64,000 nucleotides of DNA from Phoronis australis (lineage: Eukaryota > Animalia > Phoronida). Below are positions 12,834-25,425 of the stretch, piece by piece. Position numbers and translations under genes: made by a program. Location: positions 490,969 through 554,968 of the forward strand of contig NMRA01000270.1 of the NCBI GenBank assembly GCA_002633005.1. Reading direction: 5' to 3'. The notes beneath the pieces are model-generated. The model did no database searches. It was not told where the DNA came from and was given only the letters and a program-made list of their open reading frames with translations. Each line of letters begins with the position of its first letter. The stretch's first letter is position 1.

Positions 12834-12961
12834 AAAATTAAAAACCGGACGATCTCCGCAAAAATAAAAAAGTTCATGTTCAATTCAACGTTTCGTCTTT
12901 TCATTATTGAATTGAACATGAACTTTTTTATTTGTGAGGCGATTGTCCGGTTTTTGATCTT
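12834..12961. repeat. Long imperfect palindrome (about 55-bp arms)
   Basis: aaaaccggacgatctccgcaaaaataaaaaagttcatgttcaattcaa is followed after a short spacer by ttgaattgaacatgaacttttttatttgtgaggcgattgtccggtttt. Confidence 0.9.
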
Positions 12962-13559
12962 ATTGTGGCCAAACACTGATTTAGTTAACTATTCAAAAAG
13001 CTCAAAGAGTCAAAACCACTTTGGGAAAAGTTCAAGTTAAAAGAATTATTAAAGAGTTTTCTATAGAAAACAACAATTTTTATTATAAATTAGTTTTGAG
13101 TGCACGTGGTGCAACTTTTCACAAAAATCTTACACTTTTGTCCCCAACCTTTGTCCCGTGACTAAAGTAAGTTCTTACCTCTCTGGCTTCGAAACACCAA
13201 ATTTTTACTCAAAACGGCTTTGACACAGAAATATAAAAGTTTAACAGAATTGACAAAATTCGCTGGTGTGCCTGTCGTCGTCCTTGAATTTGCAACGACG
13301 GCATACAGAGCAGAACATACATCCAAAATCACCTGGCATTTCCCTCAGACCCACTTGATTACGAGCACCCATTGACTGTTTGTCTAAGGCTGTGTCACGT
13401 GATTGAGTGGGTAGAAGGATAGTCAAATTAGCGACTTCCTATGGTGAATAAAGACATGCTCCCTCATCAGTAAGGCAGAACAGACATCATTGGTTCGATG
13501 CCGTCATTGTTTCTCAGAGTCTCCTTGGCAGGGCCTCTACATGACCAGCAGACACTCAC

Positions 13560-13687
13560 CTTAAACTGATTCTGAATCTCTTTACACTTGCGCCTGGACA
13601 GGACCTGGATGTGGCTGGACACCTGCTTGCGCGAGCGAGTTTTGCCCGTGCGCAGCTGAATGTAGCGCGCAATCAGCTCGTTACGAC
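13560..13687 (-). CDS. TEAD: TEAD TEA-domain exon, copy B ([43 protein letters not shown]), putative mutually exclusive exon
   Basis: gtttcag|GT...AAG|gtgagt, 128 nt, phase 1-0, encodes TEA helices 2-3. Confidence 0.9.
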
Positions 13688-13730
13688 CTGAAACAGTTAC
13701 AACAGCGAGGTTTACAACACGCAAACTAAC

Positions 13731-13858
13731 CTTGAACTGATTTTGTATATCTTTGCATTTCCGTCTGGACAGCACCTGCATGTGACTGGAGACCTGTTTG
13801 CGTGTCCTCGTTTTACCCGTCCGTAGTTTGATGTAGCGTGCTATAAGCTCATTGCGTC
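13731..13858 (-). CDS. TEAD: TEAD TEA-domain exon, copy A ([43 protein letters not shown]), putative mutually exclusive exon
   Basis: attacag|GA...AAG|gttagt, 128 nt, same phase as copy B. Confidence 0.9.
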
Positions 13859-15270
13859 CTGTAATTATGCAAAATGACAGTATGGACAAAGTGTTGCGGG
13901 CCACAGCCACACAACAAGTGACCTGAAAAACAGCCATAAGTAAATCAAACGCTCGCTAAAAGCACACCAAGCTCTGCAAAAGTGCACCATTAAACAAACG
14001 CGGGTGGGATTGCCCGGGATGACATTAAACAAATATGCATCGATCCCGAGCGTGGTATCAGTCATACGCAGCGAGGGGGAGGACCATATGACCAGCTATG
14101 CCCGAGGGAACCATTTACGTCAGTTTTATTACAAAGACCCTGATGCTCCTTCCCGTACATTTCTGTGTCTATTGATAGATCAAGATATGCAGCCATTGTC
14201 TGCTAGCTTTATTATCATGGACAGGGCTTTATGGTGTCTGAAGCCTGTAATTGGTCAGATCACGAATAGCGATATCTGATGGGAGGCATGAATGAAAAGT
14301 GATATTCCACAGCCAGCCATACAACATCTTTTAATGAAAGTTACAGTAATACACATCAGCCAATCAGAATACAGAAAAAATAGTGGACATGTAATATTAG
14401 ATGCAGTAATTTCTAGTGGTTGAGGGAATCTGACAAAAAAATATTCCAGAAAAAGGACATTCCCAAACATTTTTGTGAGCCCCACCAAAAATAAATGATC
14501 TTAATTCAGTGGTGACACCACAGATAACTTCTGTAAGTGTAATCTGAACTTCTTGTGTTTGAGTGGTGTGATTTATCTTTCATATTAATGACTTCCTAAT
14601 CTAAGTCTTTTTATTCAATGCTCTTAGGCAGGCTTTCAATCTTTCAATTTTCTATGAAGGTTGCTTTTCCATACTCGCAACACTGAAAGATCATGTTACA
14701 TTGGAACGATGTTTTCAATTCTGAAGTGTTATTTGCAGTCATATTGTTTACATGTTGTCAAATTATCTGTGATATCAACAATCCAACAATGCATCTGGAA
14801 AACGACAGCAGCGCTGTAGATGAAAAACCCAGAACTGCCAAGTCAAAGGTCCAACAATAATGTTCCAAACAGTCTCATAACTGCAAACACTTGCCAAGTT
14901 TTGGCATTCAAACTAAGAGTCAAGATATCTTTTAACTCATCAAATGTGTATTAGTTAATTTTGTTTGTTTTTTTTCACCTTCATGAGGTACCTCAACTTT
15001 GACTAGTCACTACTGAGTTTGACAAGGTGTTGCACACTTTCTCAGGATATCAGCATACATCTCCACGTAGACCATGTGACTGATTTCACTCCCGCACACT
15101 AGCTTCTAGTGAATGTGACTTTTCTCAACCAACAAGGATTTGTAATGACCACGACGAATATACCGCAAGAGGTAGGCAATGTAGCAGTCCAGCACTACAG
15201 GTTGCAGAAGCGCCCCCAGTTGCCAATTCACTGAACTGAGCACAGAGGTGCCCTCTGTTGATTGACTCAC

Positions 15271-15451
15271 CGTACATCTTGCCCTCATCAGATAAGATGA
15301 TCTTCCTGCGACCACACGGTGGGTATATGGCCAACGCCTCCTGGAAGCTCTGTTCAATGTCGGGACTCCAGACCCCCTCTGCATCATTACCCAGCTCATC
15401 ACCATTGTCTGTTGACTTATCCTCCTGTTCAGGGTTCCAAGGGGCTGACAT
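15271..15451 (-). CDS. TEAD: TEAD first coding exon ([11 protein letters not shown]...[40 protein letters not shown]). The whole exon spans 15271-15501.
   Basis: Invariant TEA N-terminus. Donor gtgagt at 15269-15270, acceptor gcacag at 15502-15503. ATG at 15451, in-frame TTG at 15472, upstream in-frame TGA. Confidence 0.95.
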
Positions 15452-17504
15452 GATGCTTGCTTCGATAGCCAAGCCAAAGAGTGTGTGTCAAGGGAGCAAA
15501 CCTGTGCAAGAAATAGAACTGTTAAATGTGGATAGTAAAAATTCGTTTAAAAACAGACCGTATTGTACTCCGATTCTCCGCAATAAGCCAAGATTTTGTT
15601 TTGACGATAATGGTGAAAATTATGAATCTAAATCAATGTATTTGACAAGGAGAGAATGGCTCACTTTCTAAGAGTTTGAAAAACAGTTCGAAGAGCTTTG
15701 AAACTCACATGATAAATTTGTTAAGCTCATGACGAAGACATTTGGCATCACTTCCATGAAGAGAGAATTCATTGATTTCCACTGTGTTGAGTATGAATTT
15801 TCTGATGTGGAGAACAGTTTATGAAAGCCACACGCATATTTTAAGCAAATTATAAGCTTAGATAGGCTAGCAGCAGTGCAGCACACAAACTGTAATGGTT
15901 TCCCCAGAAAAATACTGAATAGTGACTAGTCCACAACAGCTAATTGACATGCATATTAAGCCTGTTACATTTGATAGTTACGTCCTATTTAACCATTTTG
16001 ACACTTTTGCTAATCTTCAAAACAAAAGTTTAATTAAGTAAATTGAACTAAATGTCAACTTCACACTTATTAAAAATGGTTGATAAAGAATACTTTCCCA
16101 GAGTATAAGTACCATTACAAAACATAAGATCTCCCAACTGAGACACCAGGAACTATTTCTGCTCTGATCACTTAGGTATAGGTTTGCAAAAGAGATAAAG
16201 ATAAATAGCATCATATTACAGTAAGTATAGATCAAACAACACATTAACAAACAAGCATTACATAATAGCTCAGTAAAACCTCGAGCACATTTTGTGGTGC
16301 AGTTCAGTTAAGGGCTTTTCCCCCACCCCAATCCAGTACTAGCAAAATTGTTGAGGTTAACTGCCAAGGTAATTTGATCATTCACATTGGCACCAGCAGT
16401 TAACAGATATTGAAGTTATCACTAGGTGGCGCTATCGTCATCAAAGTTATCACAAGGTGGCGTAGTATGATCTTCAACACTGCCCCTGCCGATAACTTTG
16501 ATGGATACCAAAGTTGAGCATTTCCACTCTAGCGATGCGTCGATGCTTCCCAACTAAATCCACCAGTTTTCACCAAACAAAATTTGAGTGAACTTCGATC
16601 TAAAAGGCCTTTCCCACTGCCTGTGTTGCCGAAGCTTCGGTCAATGGGTACACTAACGGCTTTCTTGAATCAAAGTTAGCAAACAGCGCAAGTTAACTCC
16701 GAAGTAAAAAGGTGGATTTGACAACAAAACGTGAGAAAACTCAACTTCGATTACATCGGAGTTATCAGAAGGGGTCGCTGCCTGCGTTTGACAACAGCGG
16801 GCGGTGACCTTCAGACTACTGCTGATGGTGCAGGTAGAAATAACCCCAAAGGACTAAGACTGAGTGGTAGACATTTATTAGTACTATAAAATTTAGCTCT
16901 TCTGTGAATTACACAACTACAAGGCCTTTCATACTTAACCTCAACACAAGGATCTTTGTGAGTGTGATTCAGTTCCGGATCAAGGTTAAGAACGCAAATT
17001 AACTTTGCAATAGGTGGATTTAACAGTGGAGAGTGGATTCTTTGATGCAGTAAGGTTAACTTAAGGGACTACCAGCAGGTGTCACTGTCAATATCAGCAA
17101 GGGTTGTGGAATCATATGTTTTTTGTTTCAAATATTCATCATTCTGCTAACATTTCATTTCACTTATAAAGTATACAATAACAAATCTAAAATAATAATA
17201 ACGCCTGAACAACATTGTCATTTTGCAATCACTTCACTGACCCAGGCATTTAACTGCAATAACTTCAGTGTTGGTTAACTACCCTCACAGTTAATATGAA
17301 CGGTCCTCTAGCACGAGACCACAAGTTGGTACGAAAGGACTGAACAAAAGTTGGGCAAGACACACAGAAGTTTGAACAAGTACGAAACTAAGATGTGTTC
17401 AATAAACAACGCCATATCTAACTGTCACAGGTCTAGTTTATTGTAAAATGTAACATGATACAATTCCAATAGCTCCCAGGGCTTGGAATGACCAATGACA
17501 AAAA

Positions 17505-18093
17505 NNNNNNNNNNNNNNNNNNNNNNNNNNNNNNNNNNNNNNNNNNNNNNNNNNNNNNNNNNNNNNNNNNNNNNNNNNNNNNNNNNNNNNNNNNNNNNNN
17601 NNNNNNNNNNNNNNNNNNNNNNNNNNNNNNNNNNNNNNNNNNNNNNNNNNNNNNNNNNNNNNNNNNNNNNNNNNNNNNNNNNNNNNNNNNNNNNNNNNNN
17701 NNNNNNNNNNNNNNNNNNNNNNNNNNNNNNNNNNNNNNNNNNNNNNNNNNNNNNNNNNNNNNNNNNNNNNNNNNNNNNNNNNNNNNNNNNNNNNNNNNNN
17801 NNNNNNNNNNNNNNNNNNNNNNNNNNNNNNNNNNNNNNNNNNNNNNNNNNNNNNNNNNNNNNNNNNNNNNNNNNNNNNNNNNNNNNNNNNNNNNNNNNNN
17901 NNNNNNNNNNNNNNNNNNNNNNNNNNNNNNNNNNNNNNNNNNNNNNNNNNNNNNNNNNNNNNNNNNNNNNNNNNNNNNNNNNNNNNNNNNNNNNNNNNNN
18001 NNNNNNNNNNNNNNNNNNNNNNNNNNNNNNNNNNNNNNNNNNNNNNNNNNNNNNNNNNNNNNNNNNNNNNNNNNNNNNNNNNNNNNNNNNNNN
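17505..18093. other. Assembly gap (589 N)
   Basis: Run of n. Confidence 1.
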
Positions 18094-18864
18094 AAGAAAA
18101 CTAAAACAAGAACCATATGTTCTGATAAAAAAATTTTAATTTTAGGTCACTTCTGTTTTTGAAGAGAACCCAGAAATAATTCAATTTTAATACTGATACA
18201 GGTCGGAATTGAATATCAGTAGGAAACTATGACTTTCACAACCAATGGGAAGCAGGGTTGTGAAACACTAAACTGAATGTGAGACACTCCAAACAAAAAC
18301 AGATTAGCTCAGATATTTTGATCAAACAATTCTGCAGATTTAACAATACCCCTAGTGTGAAGGAGTGACATTGTGTTGCACAGCTTGCATTATGAAGATT
18401 GATATCAATACAGCAGGGTTATACCCAATTCTATATTAATGCCATGTTGTGAACCAGTATGCCCTGCCAGGGATGGGTCCACATAAAACTTCACTGATGC
18501 CAGGTGGAAACAGTCTTGTCTATTGCTAACAGGCACAGAATGGAAAGGGATGGAAACTTACCATATGCTCCGATAATAAATAATATTGTAGTTTGGTAAA
18601 CCAAGTTTTCTGTATTGTGATGGTAAAATTATGGAGTGCATACACATACCAACCTCATGCCAAGAACACATATTGAGAAAACTTTAATGAACTTGTACCA
18701 ATGTACTTACAGTCTGTCTGAAATAATATCGTAAAAATTCTTGTTTAGGACACTAAAAATCTGCTCAAATAAATGTTGGCAGCTGTTCTTGACAACACAC
18801 TTCAGGCTTTGACGATACAAAATGCAGCGTCCAATATTTGCGAAATACGATAACGCTAAAATTG

Positions 18865-18964
18865 CCCGTGTCCCAATCTTCTTCATGATCAAGAAAATTT
18901 AATTTTGGTTTGAATTTCAGTGCGCCAAATTTTAGAGACTGGCCCAAACTGGGAGGGGTTACTG
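18865..18964 (+). repeat. Dispersed repeat, MITE-end-like family
   Basis: gtcccaatctt...aagaaaatttaatt...ttgaatttcagtgcgccaaattttagagactggcccaaactgg has related copies at about 25325-25425, about 52995-53050 and, inverted, about 21890-21980. Confidence 0.65.
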
Positions 18965-21900
18965 TAGGTATAATGTAGACAACTTAATGCTTAACAGAAT
19001 CATCTGTACTATCCAAGACTTTAGTCTTGAGCGGTTACAATCAGTTTTTCCCAAGCACACAGTCACCTCTAAGTGGAGACCAGCTATATGGCGTCAGCAG
19101 GCAAGTGGTTGAAATCAAAAGTTTGGATTTTTGACAGAAGGCGTGTGCATGGGGATTTTAACCAGTGTGTTTCAGCTGACAGCAGGCTGTAACAAAGATC
19201 TCTTGTACTTTTGGATCTGGGACAGGGCTCTTAGGTCCAGTGGACTTACGACAACAACTAAGTTCACAGACATAGATGTCAACAGTTGGCAACAACTCAA
19301 CACTCCCCAGTGCAGGGCTGTCGATTAGCGATTACCTACCTAAGACAATCGATTGACTGATTGGTGAATGTTGTGATTTCCAATCAAGCGTCAAATTTGT
19401 TGCCACTCCATACAATGGAGCAGTGTAGGCGCACAAAGTTGGTTTAATGACTACACTCAACAACAATGCCTCCATATTGAAAACTAATAACAAGTGTTGT
19501 GTCATTAAATACAGGTGGCCATTTGAGACAATGAAAACAGTTAAACATCAGCAAGCCAAGACCAGCATATTACTGTCTACACCTGCTAACAACTTGGACC
19601 AGCTAAAAGCAACCTGTGTTCCATCCAAGGAGCCAACTTTTGACTTGGATCACTTCCATAAAATTGGTGGTGAGCCAGGCTTTATAAAAAAAACTGGCAG
19701 TTTGTTATTCCTTGTCACTAAACTCAGTCCATAAAATGATACACCGTGACAAACCAGCTGGTGGAATACATTCTCAAGCAATAACTGAACTGTCAGTTCT
19801 TTTGAACCCCTAAAATCATCTTTTATTTAGGTTATTAGTGAGACACTAGAAAAATGTATAATTAGGTAATTTCAAAACTGTAAACACTATATCTCAAAAA
19901 TGGCTGATACAACTGATAGGATTTGCATAAAATTTTCAGATATTACAATATTGCTTTATGCGCTGTTCTCTAAAATACGGTTAGTATTTAGGAATTTCTT
20001 CGAATGTTCCACATTTCCATGAAAGGATATCAAAAAATAGAATTTTCATGGATTTCAAGACAAATATCAAAAATTGCATGAAATGAAAAGATAATTCAGA
20101 AAAGTGTAACAGACTTTTTGAGATTTCATCATGAACATTTATATCAAGTGAAATTTGATCATGTTATTGATAAAACTGTTTTGTTGTCGATACACCTCTT
20201 TTGTTATCTCTTCTTTAGATATGGTCACGTGATTCTGTTCAAGGCAGATTCGTAAAATGTCAAAAATCAAATTCTCCAGGCTTTCTACAATCAGAAAGCG
20301 TGTATATATGATTTACTGAATAGAAATCTATAGATTTGTATTCATTTGGCTAAATACAGACTAGTCGACAAGGTCCGACATAACGAATTTGTGAACCATT
20401 TCATAGCAATAAGCGGTATACATAAAAAGTGTTATTTGTGAAGGAAGGAAAGTTCATACCCACTTCAACAGCTTCTCATTAAGATAAAAATGATTTTAAA
20501 ACAATATGCCCATTTCAAATGAAAAACTACAGTTGGACATGTTTTCTGGGGATTTGCCGCCAGATTTTAGGAGGCAACAATGCCAGATGCACCAATTATA
20601 TCTTAACATACTCCAGTATGGTTTTGCTCCAGAAGTGACCAGATTGTGTTGGAAATTTCCAGTCAATGGCCCAGCTAGAGCGTTTCTGAATGTCTGACTG
20701 TGTTTCGGTAACGCTCAAGGAAAGGAATCTAAGTGCGTCAAAGCTGAGTAAATTTTAAAACATCCTGATGAGTTATACCGGCAATTACTTTTCATGACTA
20801 AATGACTCACCTTATGGTGATGACGTGAGAAATAATTACATGGAGTGAGAACCTGTGTTTCAACAGGACCAAGAGAAAACCATGTCATCTTTTCCATATG
20901 ACATTTCAAAACACCACAATAACCAATCAGCTAAAAAGCAATTAGTCTTTACCATCAAAATGAAATGTTTACTCTGATTTCGATTTTGCATCATTTAATT
21001 ACTGCTAAAGTGTATAGGTTGCAAGATCTGTACAGCTTGCTATTGACCATCCTGAATGAACAAGCCACATACAGAAAGGAGATAAGTTGACATTAAAAGG
21101 TCATTTTGTAGGAAGAGATACATCTTTGGAGTAACCTTGGTATGAGACCAGCTATCAGTCAGACTACTGTATGATAAATCACCACCAACAGGTAACATGG
21201 CCATGCGGTCATGCCGTAACCAGGCATAACTGGCAACACAGCAACGCTATGTTAGAGTAACTGCTAAACAGCATCCCTTTAATAAAAAGAATTTGTCTTC
21301 TTTAAATTCCACTGGAATCGTCCGTATTTTGTCTGAACGATACACGTTTCCTTTTTCATATTGTACCATTTTGGGTGGTTGGAACCGTTAGTTGAACTTA
21401 AAGTGACCATAGGTGGCACTGGATGTCAGATTACCTAGGAACAATTTACACAAAACTGGCAAAATGACAAACACAGAAACTAGATCATGTTCAACACTTG
21501 AGCTACCACTAAATACTTAGTAAAAAAACTCAGCTAGAGTTTCAAGATGCTGATGTGGACAGACTTTTAACTTATAACACAATGGAGTACAAAATATGGT
21601 ATAAGGGTAGAGTACTAATATACTAACGATGGGGGTATTCGGTAATTAGAAGCATGTGTGACTATTGTTATTGGTAGGCTGAAGTTAAACATATTGTTCT
21701 TCAGAAATTAATACAGGCACCAGCATGCAGTGAATTAGATACGTAGAAATGAGAACTATTATAAGACAAGATCATAAGTACACATTACCATGATGTGGCA
21801 TTGCAACTTTCATTTTTCATTTTTAGACCTTTCTTTCAAATTTTGAATATTTCATATCGTCAACACGTCTGCTGCTGGTTACTACTGTAAAGGTTCTCCA

Positions 21901-24900
21901 ATTTGGGACATCTTCCAGGAAATGGGACACGGAAAACTCCCACAAAAATTGGAAGTATTCATTCCGTAATTTGGGACAAAGGCAATTTTGGCATTCACCA
22001 TGTTTCTTCAAATTTAAAATAGCATTTCAATCTACAGAATGGGTAAATTTGCTATCTTTCCAGTCATTTTTGAAATTGAGACAGCTAATTTCGACTGTTT
22101 TTAGAATTTAAGACAAGCTCCGACCTTGAAGAAAATAACTAATTTTCCACTTGGAGAATTTTCACCCTAATGTGATTCTTTTGCTAGTTAGCTCACAATG
22201 TGAGGTGAAAGGTGGAATGTTTCTGAATAATTCTTGGCAATTATTTTGAGAAAGGAAAACAAATGAAGAGTTAATGGTAAAGACAGACTATAGGAACCCT
22301 ACTGCTTGCCAGTCCAACTGTGGGGAGGAACTCTTAACTGCAAGTTAGAGTAGCTGGCAAGTCGCTAGTATTTTTTTTTAAGTTTGACAACTACAGAGAT
22401 ATAAGCCCAAATCTGGCATTTAAATGTTTTTAAACTTTCATTACTTGTTTTTGAAGTGTCATTCATCAGTTGCAGACAAGTTTATGCAAGGCTGGTGCTC
22501 ATAAATACACATACATTTCTAAGCTGTAACTGATGAGTCATTGTATATATTACTTGCATTCACCATGGTCCCTGGTGGAAGTCCGATCAGTTCCATGGCA
22601 GTCTGAAATCACTGAGCAACAGGTGTAGACAGATCAAAAGAGGCTGCAACCCAGCAGCTGACACAGGCAGACAGGTTGAAGACATTATAATGACCAGGGC
22701 CATGGTTGTGACCCACAGCTCAGTTGCATTGTTAGGCAAACATGTTGACATAATCAGTCATGACAGGCAAATTGTTCAAACTGCTGCCACATCAGCTTGA
22801 GTTGATCAAAACACTGGTCACAGCAGAGGGCTGAGAACAATGCCATGGATGATGGCCATAGATAATTATAGCTTATTGTTATAACTTTATTTTGGATGCT
22901 GAGGTTGAGAGATAGTGATAAGGCACAGCAGACAAGGATGTATCCTCTATATAACCTCGATGGACCCAATCTTCTGTTTTTGTTTTCTTTGATTTTGTTT
23001 TCCTGTATAGACAGGGAAAGCCATTTTATTAAAATTTGCTCAATTGTCTCTTTCTGTACATTTCCCTAAGTGTATATTTCTCAAAGTTGCATAGTTAAAA
23101 AAAACATTAAATCCCATGTTATGTATTAGAGATCAGTTCCTTGTCTGTGTTTCATCAACAAACTTTAATGTTCCTTCAAACAGTTTCAATTGGTCAAATC
23201 AAGCACATATCATCCACTTCACAAAACAGCAACATGAAAGTCTTGTAGGAACATACCACCAGAACTAGGGAAAGGTCAAAGGTCAGTGCATAGGGTGGAG
23301 GGATAGGATTACACAAAATAGATGATTCACAGCAGCCATAACTCATCCTGGCCCACTAGTGCCTGTCAAGTATTTACCCAGCTGGCAGGCACACGCCTGC
23401 ACAACTGCAAAACAGAGTCTATTGGCAAAAAGCACAACTGCCCTTGGTACACCAGCCATGTCTAGCAAGCTGGTCGTCCAATGCTCAGAGCCCAATGCAA
23501 GACCCAGAAACTGAACAACCAAGTATAAATCTGGACACCTCTTGCAAAATCGGTGCCATAATTCAATTGAAAGCTACAATATTTAAATATGTTGCCATAG
23601 TGAATTCTAACCATTCTAAATACATCAGCTTCCAAAACCCAATTTCCATTTGTAATCTAGTGGAATACCCTTATGGACGGTTTTGGAGCGCTGAGGCAAC
23701 TAGCCCATTTAGACCCAGAAATGGAACAACTCTTTTTAGCATCAATGGTGTTTTATTACCAGTCACTGTGCCAGTATATAATTGGTCCAATTACTTGACT
23801 AATCTATCTCTGTGAGGGATGTCTGCTGAACTGGGTGTGGACTAGGCAAATTACTGGGGGGTCGCAAAACTGAACCAAATGTTGTGGAGATTCTAGCTGG
23901 AGATTCTAGCTGGAGATTCTAGTTTCACAACTTTTATTTAAATCCACTCTAAAAAGGTATTGATGACAACGTGGGGGTTAAGAAAATAGTTCATGTTGTT
24001 TATGGAAAAAAATTTTGAACGCCTTTGAAATGCACTTGTGTGGTAAATTGAATATTTTACCAGGTAAAATCTCACCATTTTAAATTTCAACATGGAAGAC
24101 AAGGGGAGGTCTAACTTTTATGTTCAACACATAACACCAAATAAATACTTTATAATTTTAAATTTCCATAGCACTCTCAAAACCACCACCAGAAATTGTG
24201 GACACTCACGAAAATGCCCCATTCTTTAAATGAAAAAATCAGTTTAGACCAATATTTTTTCTGAACTCGGTGACATTTTTACGATATTGATGAAATGAAT
24301 ATGTGCATTCCTTAACATGGCACAAACCCACTGTTTATAAAGGATCAGTTTCTAGTTGTGCGGAAATGTGAACTCAATAAAACACTCCTTGTCTCTAAAC
24401 AGGTGAGCCATTTCCTGTCGCTACGACCAGGTCACGATTACCTGTGTCAGCCTCTATTTAATCTTGAATCTCATCTGAAGTCTGAAATGAATTTATCACA
24501 GGGTTTAACTGATTGGTATTTCATACTTTAACTTGAATATCAACTTATTTCAACATCTTTGCAGCCTAACTTCTGACAATAGAAGTATTAAGCTTTAATT
24601 TCATTCAGTTAAGAAGGCAATGCAATATGAATTATTACTAGTTGACATCATGAAACCTTGAGTTTACTAAGTCCCCGTTTACAGACTGGCTAAACCGCTA
24701 GCGGTTTCACTAGCACTTCCTCAAGAAGTAAAAAGATCAGTAATGTCATTAAGTTACAAGAATTGCTTTTACTGGCGCTTTGCTAGCAGTTTGATTTACA
24801 CCAAATCTGCTGGCCTTTTTGTTAAAACTTTTGTAGCCAGACCATTCACTTCAAAGGACACACATGGGCAGCGGTACCAGGCCTTTGTTTATTGTCGTAT

Positions 24901-25324
24901 TAATCAGTTTATGGCAGAGTGAAGGTGTTTTGACAACAATTCTTGATTAAAAGTGATTCAGGTGGTGAGAAAACAAACTAACTGCTGGCGTTTTTGCCAC
25001 TAATCTGAACATACCGGTAGTATATATGACTCTGTAATGGAACAGTAAAAATTCTATGGGTTGGGTCAGTGAAAAACTAATTATTTTACCCAAGGTCAGA
25101 GCTTGTACCATATTTTAGAAATAAGCAATATTGGTTAACCAAATTCTAGAATTAAAATACACTGACAAACGATCATTCACCTTCATGCCATGGGGATGCA
25201 TGAAAATGTTGCATCAGTCCTAATGTTCAACAATTTTAACAACTACCAAGTCTATTTTGAGACTGTTAATACAAAATGCAATGTCAAATATTTAAGAAAT
25301 ACGATGACTGCCGAAGTTGCTCAA

Positions 25325-25425
25325 GTCCCAATCTTCAGAATGAAGAAAATTCAATTTGCCTTGAATTTCAGTGTCCCAAAATTTGGAGACTGTCCCAAAT
25401 GAACTGGAGATTTTTTACCAGAGTA
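25325..25425 (+). repeat. Second copy of the same dispersed repeat family
   Basis: gtcccaatcttcagaatgaagaaaattcaatttgccttgaatttcagtgtcccaaaatttggagactgtccca aligns by eye with 18869-18950. Confidence 0.65.

Noticed and set aside
13241-13426. Possible third decayed TEA exon (ORF containing RRCKFKD)
   Set aside because: Only a few residues resemble the exon end, with no RNELIARY or KQVSSH remnant and no matching splice sites.
13560-13858. Assembly or haplotype artefact as the explanation for the duplicated TEA exon
   Set aside because: No N nearby, the flanking introns are not duplicated, and synonymous divergence is far above allelic level.
17433-18162. Three ORFs over 200 aa in the ORF track
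   Set aside because: They consist of translated Ns across the assembly gap.
23886-23921. Short tandem repeats such as (ggagattctagct)x3 here and (ttacttgaagattgcacatt)x3 at about 39521
   Set aside because: Ordinary slippage duplications with no further structure.
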